Assembly (NCBI GenBank): GCA_964619675.1
Contig: CAZUEO010000004.1
Location: 43,411-107,410, forward strand
Origin: an uncultured Planctomycetaceae bacterium
GTDB lineage: Bacteria; Planctomycetota; Phycisphaerae; Sedimentisphaerales; UBA12454
Direction of reading: 5' to 3'
DNA length: 64,000 nucleotides
Under the pieces are notes generated by a model. The model did no database searches, was not told the DNA's origin, and saw nothing but the letters and a program-made list of their open reading frames with translations. The translations under genes were made by a program, and so were the position numbers. Each line of letters begins with the position of its first letter. The stretch's first letter is position 1. Positions 28,097 to 37,517 of the stretch are shown here, piece by piece.

Positions 28097-29271
28097 TGAG
28101 ATTTTATAAAAGGTACAATCGCGGCACCCGTTGCGACTCTGTCGCACCGCGGCGAAAAGGAATTGCCCTGATTATTATGTTGGTGCTTATAACGGCCATA
28201 GTAGTCATCGGACTCGGTTTTATTGTTCGCGGCGATATGGAACTTCTATGCGGACAGAATATGGAACTGAAGGCCGATATGGATTATCTTGCGGAATCAG
28301 GCCTTGAGCATGCAAAAGGACTGATTTTAAATCCACAGGATGTGTTGACAGATTATTGGACAGGAGCTACGGGGCAGCAGTTAGTCAGTGGAGATGATTA
28401 TTATGATGTTACCATTTCACAGCTTTCTTCATTCAATTATCGGATAACAAGTTTGGCGTATCGCGAAGGCAGCATGCCTGCCCAGGAAAACCTGACCGCA
28501 GAATTGCGTCTTAATCCTTGTATTGTTTACCGGCAGTCGGCTGACAAGGATATTGAAAGTTCAGTTGTTATAAATGGGGATGCATATTTTGGCGACAAAG
28601 TTACTAATTATGGAAGCATAAACGGTGATGTTTATTCCGCAAAAGCGATAAACAATGTCCCGCCAGGCCAGATTCAGGGGCAGAGTTATTCGAATGTATC
28701 ACAGGCCCCTTGTAATACGCCTGGAATCTCATATTCCAATTTCAGTTCAACGTATTATATCGGTGCCAATTCATATTCTGTTGAGCAGCTTGCACCCGGT
28801 GATTATAACAGCCTGACCTTGTTGCCCAACGCTGGAAATCCCGCGGGTGTTTACTATTGTAATGGAAATTTGACTATAATGGGCAGTGCAACTATCAATG
28901 GGACCCTTGTTGTTAAGGACGATTTTAGCATAAAGGATTTAGGCAATGTAACAATCCAGTCTGTAAAGAATTTTCCCGCATTGATTGTTGGCAAAAAGCT
29001 GGACATGGAAAAAGACAATACCATGCTCACCGCAACAGGATATACTCAGGTAGGCGATCATATTGATATGCATGATAAATCAGGCTGTTCAATCACCATT
29101 TATGGTGCGTTGTATATCCTCGATGACGGCATCAAAAACGCTACGGGCTGCAGTGTATTGGTGGATGGCATGCCTCACAAGGCGTGCCTTGCAATCTGGT
29201 CAAGCGGAGAGAATTTGACCCGCTGGTCACCTGCTGCAGGAGCATTCTACAAATCAATCACAAGAAATTGA
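28096..29271 (+). CDS. Minor pilin, PilX/GspK-like
   Basis: RRKG|IALIIML lacking E+5; ADYLAESGLEHA PilX-N motif. Confidence 0.8.
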   Translation: MRFYKRYNRGTRCDSVAPRRKGIALIIMLVLITAIVVIGLGFIVRGDMELLCGQNMELKADMDYLAESGLEHAKGLILNPQDVLTDYWTGATGQQLVSGDDYYDVTISQLSSFNYRITSLAYREGSMPAQENLTAELRLNPCIVYRQSADKDIESSVVINGDAYFGDKVTNYGSINGDVYSAKAINNVPPGQIQGQSYSNVSQAPCNTPGISYSNFSSTYYIGANSYSVEQLAPGDYNSLTLLPNAGNPAGVYYCNGNLTIMGSATINGTLVVKDDFSIKDLGNVTIQSVKNFPALIVGKKLDMEKDNTMLTATGYTQVGDHIDMHDKSGCSITIYGALYILDDGIKNATGCSVLVDGMPHKACLAIWSSGENLTRWSPAAGAFYKSITRN

Positions 29272-29366
29272 AAATTTAAGATTGAAAATTTGTGGAACCG
29301 CCTTTGGCGGGACTATCTTTGAATAGTTTTAATTATTCATTCTTCAATCTTCATTCTTCAACTTAG
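29266..29366. repeat. (AAATTGA)n-GTGGAA-CCGCC-TTT-GGCGG element with inverted heptamer wing
   Basis: Hairpin 29298-29310. Right wing ttcattc/ttcaatc/ttcattc. The left wing contains the stop codon of the PilX-like gene. Confidence 0.8.
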
Positions 29367-29687
29367 TATTATCGGGCATTTCCCAAAAGCCTCCTGAAAT
29401 CGGCTCATTATTCCAGATAATCAAATAAGGCCATATCAGGAAAATTCTTTTGCAGCTTTTAATGACTTTGCCGACTTTAACGATTTTAGCAGATAAACTA
29501 CGTTGTCAGAGAGGTCAAAACGCCCCGATTGAGGAGGCATTTTTCTGCTGGCTGAAAGGCCGATAAAAATTTCAGGCAACGCCGTCCCGGAGGAAAAATC
29601 CCGTTTCTGGACAGTTAAGCTGAAGTTCTCGTAAGACGAAGAAACATAATGGATTACCGCATATTTTCTGCGTTTAGAGACTGAAAA

Positions 29688-30263
29688 ATGACAGGAAACG
29701 GACAATATAATTTGCCGGTTTTTACCCCGTTAGAAACAGACGGGCATAACTGCCGGCTGTCAGGAAACCATTTGGCGAGATGGAATATTTTGTTTCTGAC
29801 GGGCTTTACGCTGGTAGAGCTATTTATTGTATTGATAGTGCTCATCATCTTGGCCGCGATTGCCGTGCCGTTATACACCTCGGCAGGTTCAGTCCAGGTA
29901 AAAACCGCTGCGAATATGATTGCGTCCGACCTTGAATATGCAAAGAGCATGGCAATGAGCACGGGCAGAAATTATTCGGTGGTTTTTGATGATTCCGGCG
30001 AAAACTACAAAATAAATGACGCAAATGGCCAGGTAATACCTCATCCTGTGCATATTGGAGCCAGCGAAGGTTACACTATAAGTTTTGTGGACGACGGCAG
30101 ACTCGACAAAGTTGATATTGTAAATACGACTTTCGCAGCAAATACCGTCGAATTCGATTATCTCGGAGCGCCTTGTGAAGGCGGCCTGATACAGTTGCAG
30201 GCTGAGGGTTATACATTGACGGTCAAAGTTGAGCCTGTAACAGGATATGTAAGCATTGAATAG
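29688..30263 (+). CDS. Minor pilin, FimT/FimU/GspH-like, with an abnormally long leader
   Basis: ...FLTG|FTLVELFIVLIVLIILAAIAVP; AANMIASDLEYAKSMAMSTGRNYSVVF GspH-like motif. Confidence 0.85.
   Translation: MTGNGQYNLPVFTPLETDGHNCRLSGNHLARWNILFLTGFTLVELFIVLIVLIILAAIAVPLYTSAGSVQVKTAANMIASDLEYAKSMAMSTGRNYSVVFDDSGENYKINDANGQVIPHPVHIGASEGYTISFVDDGRLDKVDIVNTTFAANTVEFDYLGAPCEGGLIQLQAEGYTLTVKVEPVTGYVSIE
29721..29809. mobile_element. 84-bp palindromic miniature element inserted in frame in the prepilin leader
   Basis: Arms ACCCCGTTAGAAACA (29724-29738) and TGTTTCTGACGGGCT (29791-29805), 13/15 complementary. TTTAC is repeated at 29721 and 29805. Related intergenic copies at 12016 and 13244. Confidence 0.7.
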
Positions 30264-30275
30264 CAGGTAGAAAAT

Positions 30276-31394
30276 ATGCTTGATGTTCTAAAGATAAAAA
30301 CAGGTCCAATCGGACTGGACGTCGGCTGTAATTCGATAAAGATGCTGCAGCTTGAAATCGATGAAGGCAAGACGGCTGTGATAGCGGCAGATGAAGCACA
30401 GCTTGTTGCTCCTGAAATCGCTGATGACCGGCAGGCGGCCAGGGACGCGACGGTAACTGCCATAAAGGAAATTCTTGCCAGGGGGCATTTTCAGAAGAGG
30501 AAGGTTATCTCATGTCTGCCGAGCTCAAAACTGATTATAAAAAGTCTTCGGCTTGATACTTTTAATGACGAGGAAATTGAAAAGACGATTAAAAGCGGCA
30601 TGATAGAGCGTTTCGGCCTGAAGACTGAAACTCATGAGGTCAGATTTTTCTCGGCAGGAAACATCCGTCAGGGGGATGAAGTGAAAAATGAGGTTATTCT
30701 CTTTGCCATCGACAAGGAATCTCTCAGGGAGCATATAGAAATACTTGAGCAGGCAGGCGTGGCTCCGATTGCGATTGATACAGTTCCTTGTGCCTTGTTC
30801 AGGTCGCTGCATAGGACATTGCGAAGGGCCACCGACCAGGAAGAGGTGAATGTTTTTGTTGATGTCGGCTCCAGTCATACAACGGTCATAATAGGCAAGG
30901 CAGGCGAAATAATTTTTGCCAAGCAGATAAACATCGCGGGCGAACAGATAAACCGGCAGGTTGCATCGATACTCGGTATCGGCTTTGACGAAGCGATGCA
31001 TTTGAGAGGCAAGATGAGAAATAAAGCTGAAGCAGATGAAATCGAACCTGCGATGCAGCAGATAGTGATTGACAGTATGCATTCTGTTATTGATGAGCTT
31101 GCGAGAGAGATATCGCTGTGCTTCAGGTACTATGCGGTAACGTTCCGGGGGCCAACGCCCGGCCGGGTTGTTTTTGCCGGCAGCGAAGCTTATGAACGAA
31201 CGCTTATAGACGCCATCAGACGGCATTTGGGTGTTGAAATAGAAGTGACCGAGCCGCTGAGAGGTTTTGACCTTTCAAGGGTTGAATTTCCGGCAGATAG
31301 AAAAGGAATACTCTGTGAGTGGGCTGTTGCTGCCGGGCTTTGTCTTAAAGGTATGGATATGGTCGGACAGGATAAGGTTTATGAAAGAAGTTGA
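30276..31394 (+). CDS. pilM: Type IV pilus assembly protein PilM (actin-like)
   Basis: PIGLDVGCNSIKMLQL, FVDVGSSHTTVII, VVFAGSEA, WAVAAGLCLKG. Confidence 0.9.
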   Translation: MLDVLKIKTGPIGLDVGCNSIKMLQLEIDEGKTAVIAADEAQLVAPEIADDRQAARDATVTAIKEILARGHFQKRKVISCLPSSKLIIKSLRLDTFNDEEIEKTIKSGMIERFGLKTETHEVRFFSAGNIRQGDEVKNEVILFAIDKESLREHIEILEQAGVAPIAIDTVPCALFRSLHRTLRRATDQEEVNVFVDVGSSHTTVIIGKAGEIIFAKQINIAGEQINRQVASILGIGFDEAMHLRGKMRNKAEADEIEPAMQQIVIDSMHSVIDELAREISLCFRYYAVTFRGPTPGRVVFAGSEAYERTLIDAIRRHLGVEIEVTEPLRGFDLSRVEFPADRKGILCEWAVAAGLCLKGMDMVGQDKVYERS

Positions 31395-32043
31395 TTTTAT
31401 TCCTGAGTGGTATACACAGGGATGCGTGCAGCAGAAGAAGCATCGCGAGTTTTATGTTGCGCTTGGTCTTATTGTTTTTATTATGGTGATATGGAGCGTT
31501 TTTGCCAACAGCAGAATTGCGATAATAAGAGCGAGAAATACGACTCTTTGCAATGCCCAGCTTATACAGGCTCGCTCCATGGCAGAGGTAAATCGAGTTG
31601 ACGACGAATATCAGCAGTTGGAGTCAAAGTGCAGGATACTTGAGTCGGTTAAATCCCGTATAGTCGTCTCCAATATAATTGCCGAACTTACGCATTTACT
31701 CTACAGCAGTATTATTCTTAAAGAGTTGGAGATAAAGACGGAGCCTATCAGCCAGCAGGATACAAGAACCGGCATAAAGGTAATGCCCGCTGCGGTCGGT
31801 CGGTCGACGCCGGCTGAAAAGAAGACGAGGTTTAAACTTACGCTTACAGGCCTTGCCGCTGATGCCGCAGATGTTGCTGAAGTGATTAACAGGCTGGAAC
31901 AATCGGATTATTTTTTCCAGATTGTTCCCGGCTTTTCAAGAAATACTACGATAGGACAATATCAAGCCAGTGAATTTACGATAACCTGTTACCTGACCAA
32001 TTACAAACTGGCGAACCAGCTGGAGGCGGGCGAGTTAGACTAA
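31381..32043 (+). CDS. pilN: PilN-like alignment protein (start moved to ATG 31381)
   Basis: MKEVDFIPEWY (INLLP-like motif), single TM segment, coiled coil, LTLTGLA..AADVAEVINRLEQSDYF. Confidence 0.78.
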   Translation: MKEVDFIPEWYTQGCVQQKKHREFYVALGLIVFIMVIWSVFANSRIAIIRARNTTLCNAQLIQARSMAEVNRVDDEYQQLESKCRILESVKSRIVVSNIIAELTHLLYSSIILKELEIKTEPISQQDTRTGIKVMPAAVGRSTPAEKKTRFKLTLTGLAADAADVAEVINRLEQSDYFFQIVPGFSRNTTIGQYQASEFTITCYLTNYKLANQLEAGELD

Positions 32044-32576
32044 TGCAGAAGATGGAAGGAAAACAACTTGTTATTTTGATTGCAGTTGTGACTCTTGCGG
32101 TAATCTTTGTGTTTTTTCAGTATTTGCCGCTGGCCGAGAGAACCAAAGAACTCAGGGCTGCCAATGTAAAGTTGCTTACCGAAAATACCGCAGCAAGCAC
32201 TCGCCAGCAGGTTTTACCGCAAAGGTACGAAGAGATTGAGAGGGTAAAAAAACAAGTTGGTGATTTTGATGCGAAGATTCCGGTCGGCAGGTCGCACGGC
32301 TTGTTTTTGCAGGACCTTACATCGGTGATGCAGAAACTTGGTCTTGGCGAGCTTGCAGTTGGGCCCGGCACGGAAGTAGAGACTGACGGGCTGTCCCGGA
32401 TACCTGTGAGTATCCGCTGTAAGGGGGGACTAATGCAGATTTTCAAATTTTTCAGGGCATTGGAAAATTTCGAGAGGACTATCCAGATAGAAGAGGTCAG
32501 GCTTAAGGCCGATGATAAATTTGACGGCAGTGTTACGACGCAGGCGAAGGTGAATATATTTTACAGGACCGATTAA
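32043..32576 (+). CDS. pilO: PilO-like alignment protein
   Basis: N-terminal TM, coiled coil, PVSIRCKGGLMQIFKFFRALENFERTIQIEEV. Confidence 0.85.
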   Translation: MQKMEGKQLVILIAVVTLAVIFVFFQYLPLAERTKELRAANVKLLTENTAASTRQQVLPQRYEEIERVKKQVGDFDAKIPVGRSHGLFLQDLTSVMQKLGLGELAVGPGTEVETDGLSRIPVSIRCKGGLMQIFKFFRALENFERTIQIEEVRLKADDKFDGSVTTQAKVNIFYRTD

Positions 32577-33173
32577 ATGAAGCAGGCAGTACAAAAAATC
32601 AGTGACAGACAAAAAACTGCAGCAAGGATCGCGACCGGGCGCAAGAAGCTGGCAATCGCGTTATTTTTATTTGCTATTATGGTGGTTTTTTGGGCAAAAG
32701 TGTTTATGGGCAAAGGCGGACCGAAGACGGCTTCGGCAATTGCTGATATAAATGCAGCCGGCATCGCCGGCAAATCGACAGGTCTGCAGGTAATTTATAC
32801 CGAACTGCCTGTAGATGCCTGCAGGCACAATGTTCTTGCAAATGATTTCTTTGCCGCAAATGACTTCAAAGAATTCAGAAGACAGGACGGGTCTGCTGTG
32901 GGCAGCGAGACAAGTGTGTCGGATGCGGAAAACCCGCAGCTTGGTCTGACAGCGGCAGCGAAGGAACTGGAGCTTATTGCAATTGTAAATGATAAAAAGC
33001 CGCAGGCGTTTATCGGAGACAGACTTCTTGAAGAAGGCCAGAGCCTCCGATATGTATTTCGCGGCCAGGTTTATGATTTCAAGGTCGTGAAAATCCTGGA
33101 GAACAAGGTTGAGCTTGATTGCAACGGTGTGATTATTACCAAAAAAATTCCTGAGATTTTTAAGGCCGAATAA
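32577..33173 (+). CDS. Pilus assembly protein in the PilP/GspC position
   Basis: TM segment, LELIAIVNDKKPQAFIG...KVVKILENKVELD; lies between pilO and the secretin. Confidence 0.55.
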   Translation: MKQAVQKISDRQKTAARIATGRKKLAIALFLFAIMVVFWAKVFMGKGGPKTASAIADINAAGIAGKSTGLQVIYTELPVDACRHNVLANDFFAANDFKEFRRQDGSAVGSETSVSDAENPQLGLTAAAKELELIAIVNDKKPQAFIGDRLLEEGQSLRYVFRGQVYDFKVVKILENKVELDCNGVIITKKIPEIFKAE

Positions 33174-33187
33174 TAAAGGAAGAAAAA

Positions 33188-34915
33188 ATGAGACGTCAAG
33201 AAATGAGAATAAAAGTCGGCAGCAGAAATATTTTACTGTTGAGCGTAATTGTGATAACGGCGACTGCCTTTGCGGCAACAGGTTGGGCGGAACCGAACCA
33301 GACGGCTGACGATGAATTCTCTCTTGTCAACCAGTCCGACAGCGGCCTTATAATTAATTACCAGCAGCGCTCCATAGCCGAAGATTCCTTTCTCGACCAG
33401 CCTATGCAGAGCATAACCTTCAGAAAGGATATGACGGTAAGAGACGCTCTTCGTTTTCTTGCCGCCAAGTACCGCAGAAATATAATTCCGTCCGCACAGG
33501 TTACCGGCAAGCTGAATGTAACAAATCTGTACGAAGTTACATTCGAGGAAGCTCTCAACGCCATACTCGGGAGCGATTATCGTTATAAATCAAGCGGAGG
33601 TTTTATCAGAGTTTATACAGCCGAGGAATATACGAAACTTGCCAAGAATATTGAGAATATGACCAGCAGAGTTTTTGAGCTCTATTATGTCAACGCAGCC
33701 GAGGTAAAGGCTCTCGTAACGCCTGTTATGAGTGAGTTTGGCAAGGTGGCTTCAACCAGCGCATCAGCGGTGGATACGGAAGCAGGCCAGGGTGGCGATA
33801 CGCTTAGTATGAGAGATATGATAGTTGTTTACGATTTTCCCGAAAGGCTTGAGCAGATTGAGGAAATGATTAAGAAAATAGACGTTAAGCCTAAACAGAT
33901 TCTGATTGAAGTTACGATTCTTAAGGCAATGCTTACCGAAGATACAGAGTTTGGCATACAATGGGACAAAATAGCCGGCATAGGCAGCATTACAAGGACT
34001 ACAACTCCTGTAGATATGGCCATAAACCTTGCGAGTTCTGTAACAACGGGTATTAGTATGACACTTTCAAACAATGCAATTGTTGCTTCAATTAAAGCCC
34101 TTGAAGGGATAACCGATACGACTGTACTTGCCAATCCTAAGATTATGGCACTGAATAAACAAGCCGGTTATATAAATATTGGTGAAGAACGAGGATATAC
34201 GGCGAGCACAACTCAGGGTCAGACCACTACAACTTCAGTGGACTTTCTCGTAAGCGGAACAATTCTGAGATTTAGGCCATTTATATGTGATAATGGATAT
34301 GTTCGTATGGAGATTAACCCTGAACTGAGCACCGGCTCTGTTCAGATAGATGCGAATAGTACTTTACCTTTGAAAACTATTGCTCAAGTAAAGAGTAATA
34401 TAATGGTAAAGGATGGCAAAACAATTATTATCGGCGGATTATTCAAGGAGGACCTCACGAACAGTCATTCGCAAGTGCCGGTCGTAGGTGATGCGCCTAT
34501 TTTCGGCTGGCTGTTTAGAAAAACTAAAGATACCAATATTCGCACAGAGCTTGTTATATTGATTACGCCGCATATCATCGATGAACCGGAAGAACTTGCA
34601 TCTGCATCTGAAAGAAAACGCAAAGATATTAGCCGAATTGTTGAAGGTTCAAGAAAAAGAATAAGCCCGATATCCAGAGTGCGTATTTACGAGGGGATAT
34701 ACGCAAAAGCCGTAAATTATTATGCTGATAAGAAATACGACAAGGCTCTGGCGGAGTTGAACTGGATTATAGGTTTCAGGCCGGATGCGCTTGAAGCAGT
34801 TCAGCTTAAGGAAAAGATTCTCGCTGAGGTTAGACCTGATAAGTATAGCGCACTTGAACGCATTATGCTCGAACAGATTAGAAAAGAGCAGGATGTAATG
34901 TGGAAACGAAGGTAA
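33188..34915 (+). CDS. Secretin (PilQ/GspD family) with a helical C-terminal extension
   Basis: QILIEVTIL, VLANPKIMALNKQAGYINIG, MVKDGKTIIIGGLF, VPVVGDAPIFGWLFR, TELVILITPHII. Confidence 0.93.
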   Translation: MRRQEMRIKVGSRNILLLSVIVITATAFAATGWAEPNQTADDEFSLVNQSDSGLIINYQQRSIAEDSFLDQPMQSITFRKDMTVRDALRFLAAKYRRNIIPSAQVTGKLNVTNLYEVTFEEALNAILGSDYRYKSSGGFIRVYTAEEYTKLAKNIENMTSRVFELYYVNAAEVKALVTPVMSEFGKVASTSASAVDTEAGQGGDTLSMRDMIVVYDFPERLEQIEEMIKKIDVKPKQILIEVTILKAMLTEDTEFGIQWDKIAGIGSITRTTTPVDMAINLASSVTTGISMTLSNNAIVASIKALEGITDTTVLANPKIMALNKQAGYINIGEERGYTASTTQGQTTTTSVDFLVSGTILRFRPFICDNGYVRMEINPELSTGSVQIDANSTLPLKTIAQVKSNIMVKDGKTIIIGGLFKEDLTNSHSQVPVVGDAPIFGWLFRKTKDTNIRTELVILITPHIIDEPEELASASERKRKDISRIVEGSRKRISPISRVRIYEGIYAKAVNYYADKKYDKALAELNWIIGFRPDALEAVQLKEKILAEVRPDKYSALERIMLEQIRKEQDVMWKRR

Positions 34916-34949
34916 GGCCTGCCTTGAGCCTGTCGAAAGGAAGTGAATT

Positions 34950-36143
34950 ATGAAAAAATATGCCAAAATCAGAATAATAGTTATTGCCGTCGGCCTGATT
35001 ATTGCCGCCGATTGCCAGGGTGGGCATAAACAGAAGAAGCAGGAAATGAAGGCAAAATGGCAGAAGACTTCTTTGGAAATGAAGCTTTCAGCGGCGATAG
35101 AGCAATTTAACAATGGTCAATTCGAGGGAACTGAGACAATTGCAAAGGAATGTATCGCTTCGGATTTTAATCTTCCCGACGCTCATCTGCTGCTTGGCAA
35201 AGTCAAGCTTGCGCAGGGAGATTTTTCCGGCGCAAAAGGCAGTTTGCAGACTTACCTGCAGTTAAAGCAGAGCGGTGATGAAGGCTGGTTTTTGCTTGGG
35301 CTGACCTGTGAGCGCCTCAGCGATAAAGACGGTGCGTTTAACGGGTATCAAAAGGCCCTTGAGCTTTCACCCGGAAATACCGATTACGTCATCGCGATGG
35401 GCAAAGCGTATGTTGCTCAGGATAAATTTACCCAGGCAGAAAAACTTTATCAGGAAAAAATTGCAGCCAATCCCGGGGATGTGGATTTGAAGATGGCTGC
35501 CGGTCAGATGTATCTTGCGGCAGGGCAGAACGACAAAGCGGTCGGGCTCTACGAACAGGCACAGATGCTTGTGCCGGACGATACCGAACTGCTTGAGGCA
35601 CTCGGTTCCTGTTACATTCTGGCGGGCAACTGGCAAAAAGCCCACGATACTCATAAACAATTATATAAGCTCTGCACCGATAATGCCAAGAAGAATGGCT
35701 ATCTGAGGATTATGGCTTTTACAGCGATTCAGGCCGGCGATTACAGTTCTGCTATGAAATATTATTCTTATCTTGCATCATTGGATAGGAAAAACGCGCA
35801 GCTTTGGTTTTTGATGGGACAGGCGGCGCTTGGGGCTGATTTGCCGCAGCAGGCGATTTCCTGCAGCAAAAAAGTGATTGCGCTGAAGCCTGATATGGCA
35901 GAGGCATATTTATTGAGCGGTTCGGCCAACTACAAAAGCGGCAATTATAGTCAGGCGATAGACGATTTCCACAGAGCTGCTATTGACAGTGATTGTGCCC
36001 ACTTTGCCTGGCTTATGACGGCCAGATGTTATGAGAAACTGGGTTACGTTGCCCAGGCAAAAGCTGCCTATCAGAAGGCCGCACGTTACGGTGGCGACAG
36101 CGAATTGCAAAAATTCCTTATAAAACAGGAGCAGGAGGGCTGA
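34950..36143 (+). CDS. TPR-repeat protein, probable lipoprotein (pilotin-like)
   Basis: Multiple TPRs (AHLLLG, GWFLLG, YQKALELSP). Cys22 follows a hydrophobic leader; the lipobox is atypical (IAADC). Confidence 0.75.
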   Translation: MKKYAKIRIIVIAVGLIIAADCQGGHKQKKQEMKAKWQKTSLEMKLSAAIEQFNNGQFEGTETIAKECIASDFNLPDAHLLLGKVKLAQGDFSGAKGSLQTYLQLKQSGDEGWFLLGLTCERLSDKDGAFNGYQKALELSPGNTDYVIAMGKAYVAQDKFTQAEKLYQEKIAANPGDVDLKMAAGQMYLAAGQNDKAVGLYEQAQMLVPDDTELLEALGSCYILAGNWQKAHDTHKQLYKLCTDNAKKNGYLRIMAFTAIQAGDYSSAMKYYSYLASLDRKNAQLWFLMGQAALGADLPQQAISCSKKVIALKPDMAEAYLLSGSANYKSGNYSQAIDDFHRAAIDSDCAHFAWLMTARCYEKLGYVAQAKAAYQKAARYGGDSELQKFLIKQEQEG

Positions 36144-36144
36144 C

Positions 36145-37494
36145 GTGCTCGACAAACGTTATATTATTTTAGCGATTCCGCTTGGCTTGATTTGCCTGCT
36201 GCTTTGTGCCGCAGTGCTCCTTGGCGGCACAAATACGCTCGAAATACTGGCCTGTCTGGCAGCCTTTGGCGTGACAGCAGGATTGTTTTGGTATTTGCTT
36301 ATGGAAAGAAGGGCTATTGACGTTCAGGTTGAGAGTCTCAAGAACGACTACAAACATCAGCGGGACAAGGCCTCACAGAGCTGCAAGGAATCCAAGGATT
36401 TGCGATTGGCTGTTCAGCTTTTAAAGAGACAGAAGCGCAATACCGAAGCGATTATTTATAGCATACCCGATGTCGTGATTGTTACCGATACCGGCGACAG
36501 GCTTCTTATGGCCAACGAGCCGGCAGGAGAGTTTTTCGATTTTGACGTTAAAAAGATAATGCTTAAGCCGCTTGAAGAACTGGTGGAAAAAAAGGAACTT
36601 GTAAGACTCGTCAAAAACAGCAGAACTACGAGAGTAAGGCATGTAAAACACGAGCTTCAATTCGGAAGCGGCGATAATATTCTTACCTGTAACTGCATAA
36701 TTTCCTGCATTTTTGATGATGCCGACCAGGTCTGCGGCGTGGTTACGATTCTGCACGATATCACCCGCGAGAAGGAAATATCGCAGATGAAGAATGAGTT
36801 TGTAAGTCATGTTTCTCATGAGCTTAAGACGCCGCTTGCGTCGATTACCGCGTATGCCGAAATGCTTGTTGACGGCGAGGCAGCGGACGAGAAAACCAGA
36901 AATGAATTTTACTCTATCATTCAGAGTCAGGCACAGAGACTCAATCGCCTTATAGAGGATATTCTTAGCATATCGCGTATAGAATCCGGCCTTATAAAAG
37001 TCAACAAGGAGCCTGTGAGTACTGCTCTTATCGTCCGCGATGCGGTGCAGATGATTAAAAGTTATGCTGCTGAAAAGGATATTAAGGTGGAAGACCAGAC
37101 CGCCGTTGTCTTTGACCAGGTCAATGCCGACAAAGATATGGTTTCGCAGGTGGTGATTAACCTTCTGAGCAATGCGGTCAAGTACACGCCTAACGGCGGA
37201 AAGGTAACCGTGAACAGTGAAGTTGACGAATCGAGACAGGTCGTCAGGGTAACCATAACCGATACGGGTGTCGGTATTCCCCCTGAGGAGCAGTCTTATA
37301 TATTTGATAAATTCTACAGAGTCAAGGCAAACAATAAATGTGCGAAGGGAACAGGACTTGGGCTTAATCTGGTTAAGCAAATTGTGGAAAGAGTGCATGA
37401 GGGCCAAGTTTTTGTAAAAAGCGAAGTCGGAAAGGGCAGCAGTTTCGGTTTTGAGCTGCCGTTGATAGTAGCGGAAAAAACTATTGAAAAATAA
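36145..37494 (+). CDS. Membrane-bound PAS/HisKA/HATPase sensor histidine kinase
   Basis: Two TM segments, PAS region, VSHELKTPL, NLLSNAVKYT, DTGVGIP, FYRV, GTGLGL. Confidence 0.93.
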   Translation: MLDKRYIILAIPLGLICLLLCAAVLLGGTNTLEILACLAAFGVTAGLFWYLLMERRAIDVQVESLKNDYKHQRDKASQSCKESKDLRLAVQLLKRQKRNTEAIIYSIPDVVIVTDTGDRLLMANEPAGEFFDFDVKKIMLKPLEELVEKKELVRLVKNSRTTRVRHVKHELQFGSGDNILTCNCIISCIFDDADQVCGVVTILHDITREKEISQMKNEFVSHVSHELKTPLASITAYAEMLVDGEAADEKTRNEFYSIIQSQAQRLNRLIEDILSISRIESGLIKVNKEPVSTALIVRDAVQMIKSYAAEKDIKVEDQTAVVFDQVNADKDMVSQVVINLLSNAVKYTPNGGKVTVNSEVDESRQVVRVTITDTGVGIPPEEQSYIFDKFYRVKANNKCAKGTGLGLNLVKQIVERVHEGQVFVKSEVGKGSSFGFELPLIVAEKTIEK

Positions 37495-37517
37495 TCCATA
37501 TTTTAAGGGGTAGAAAA

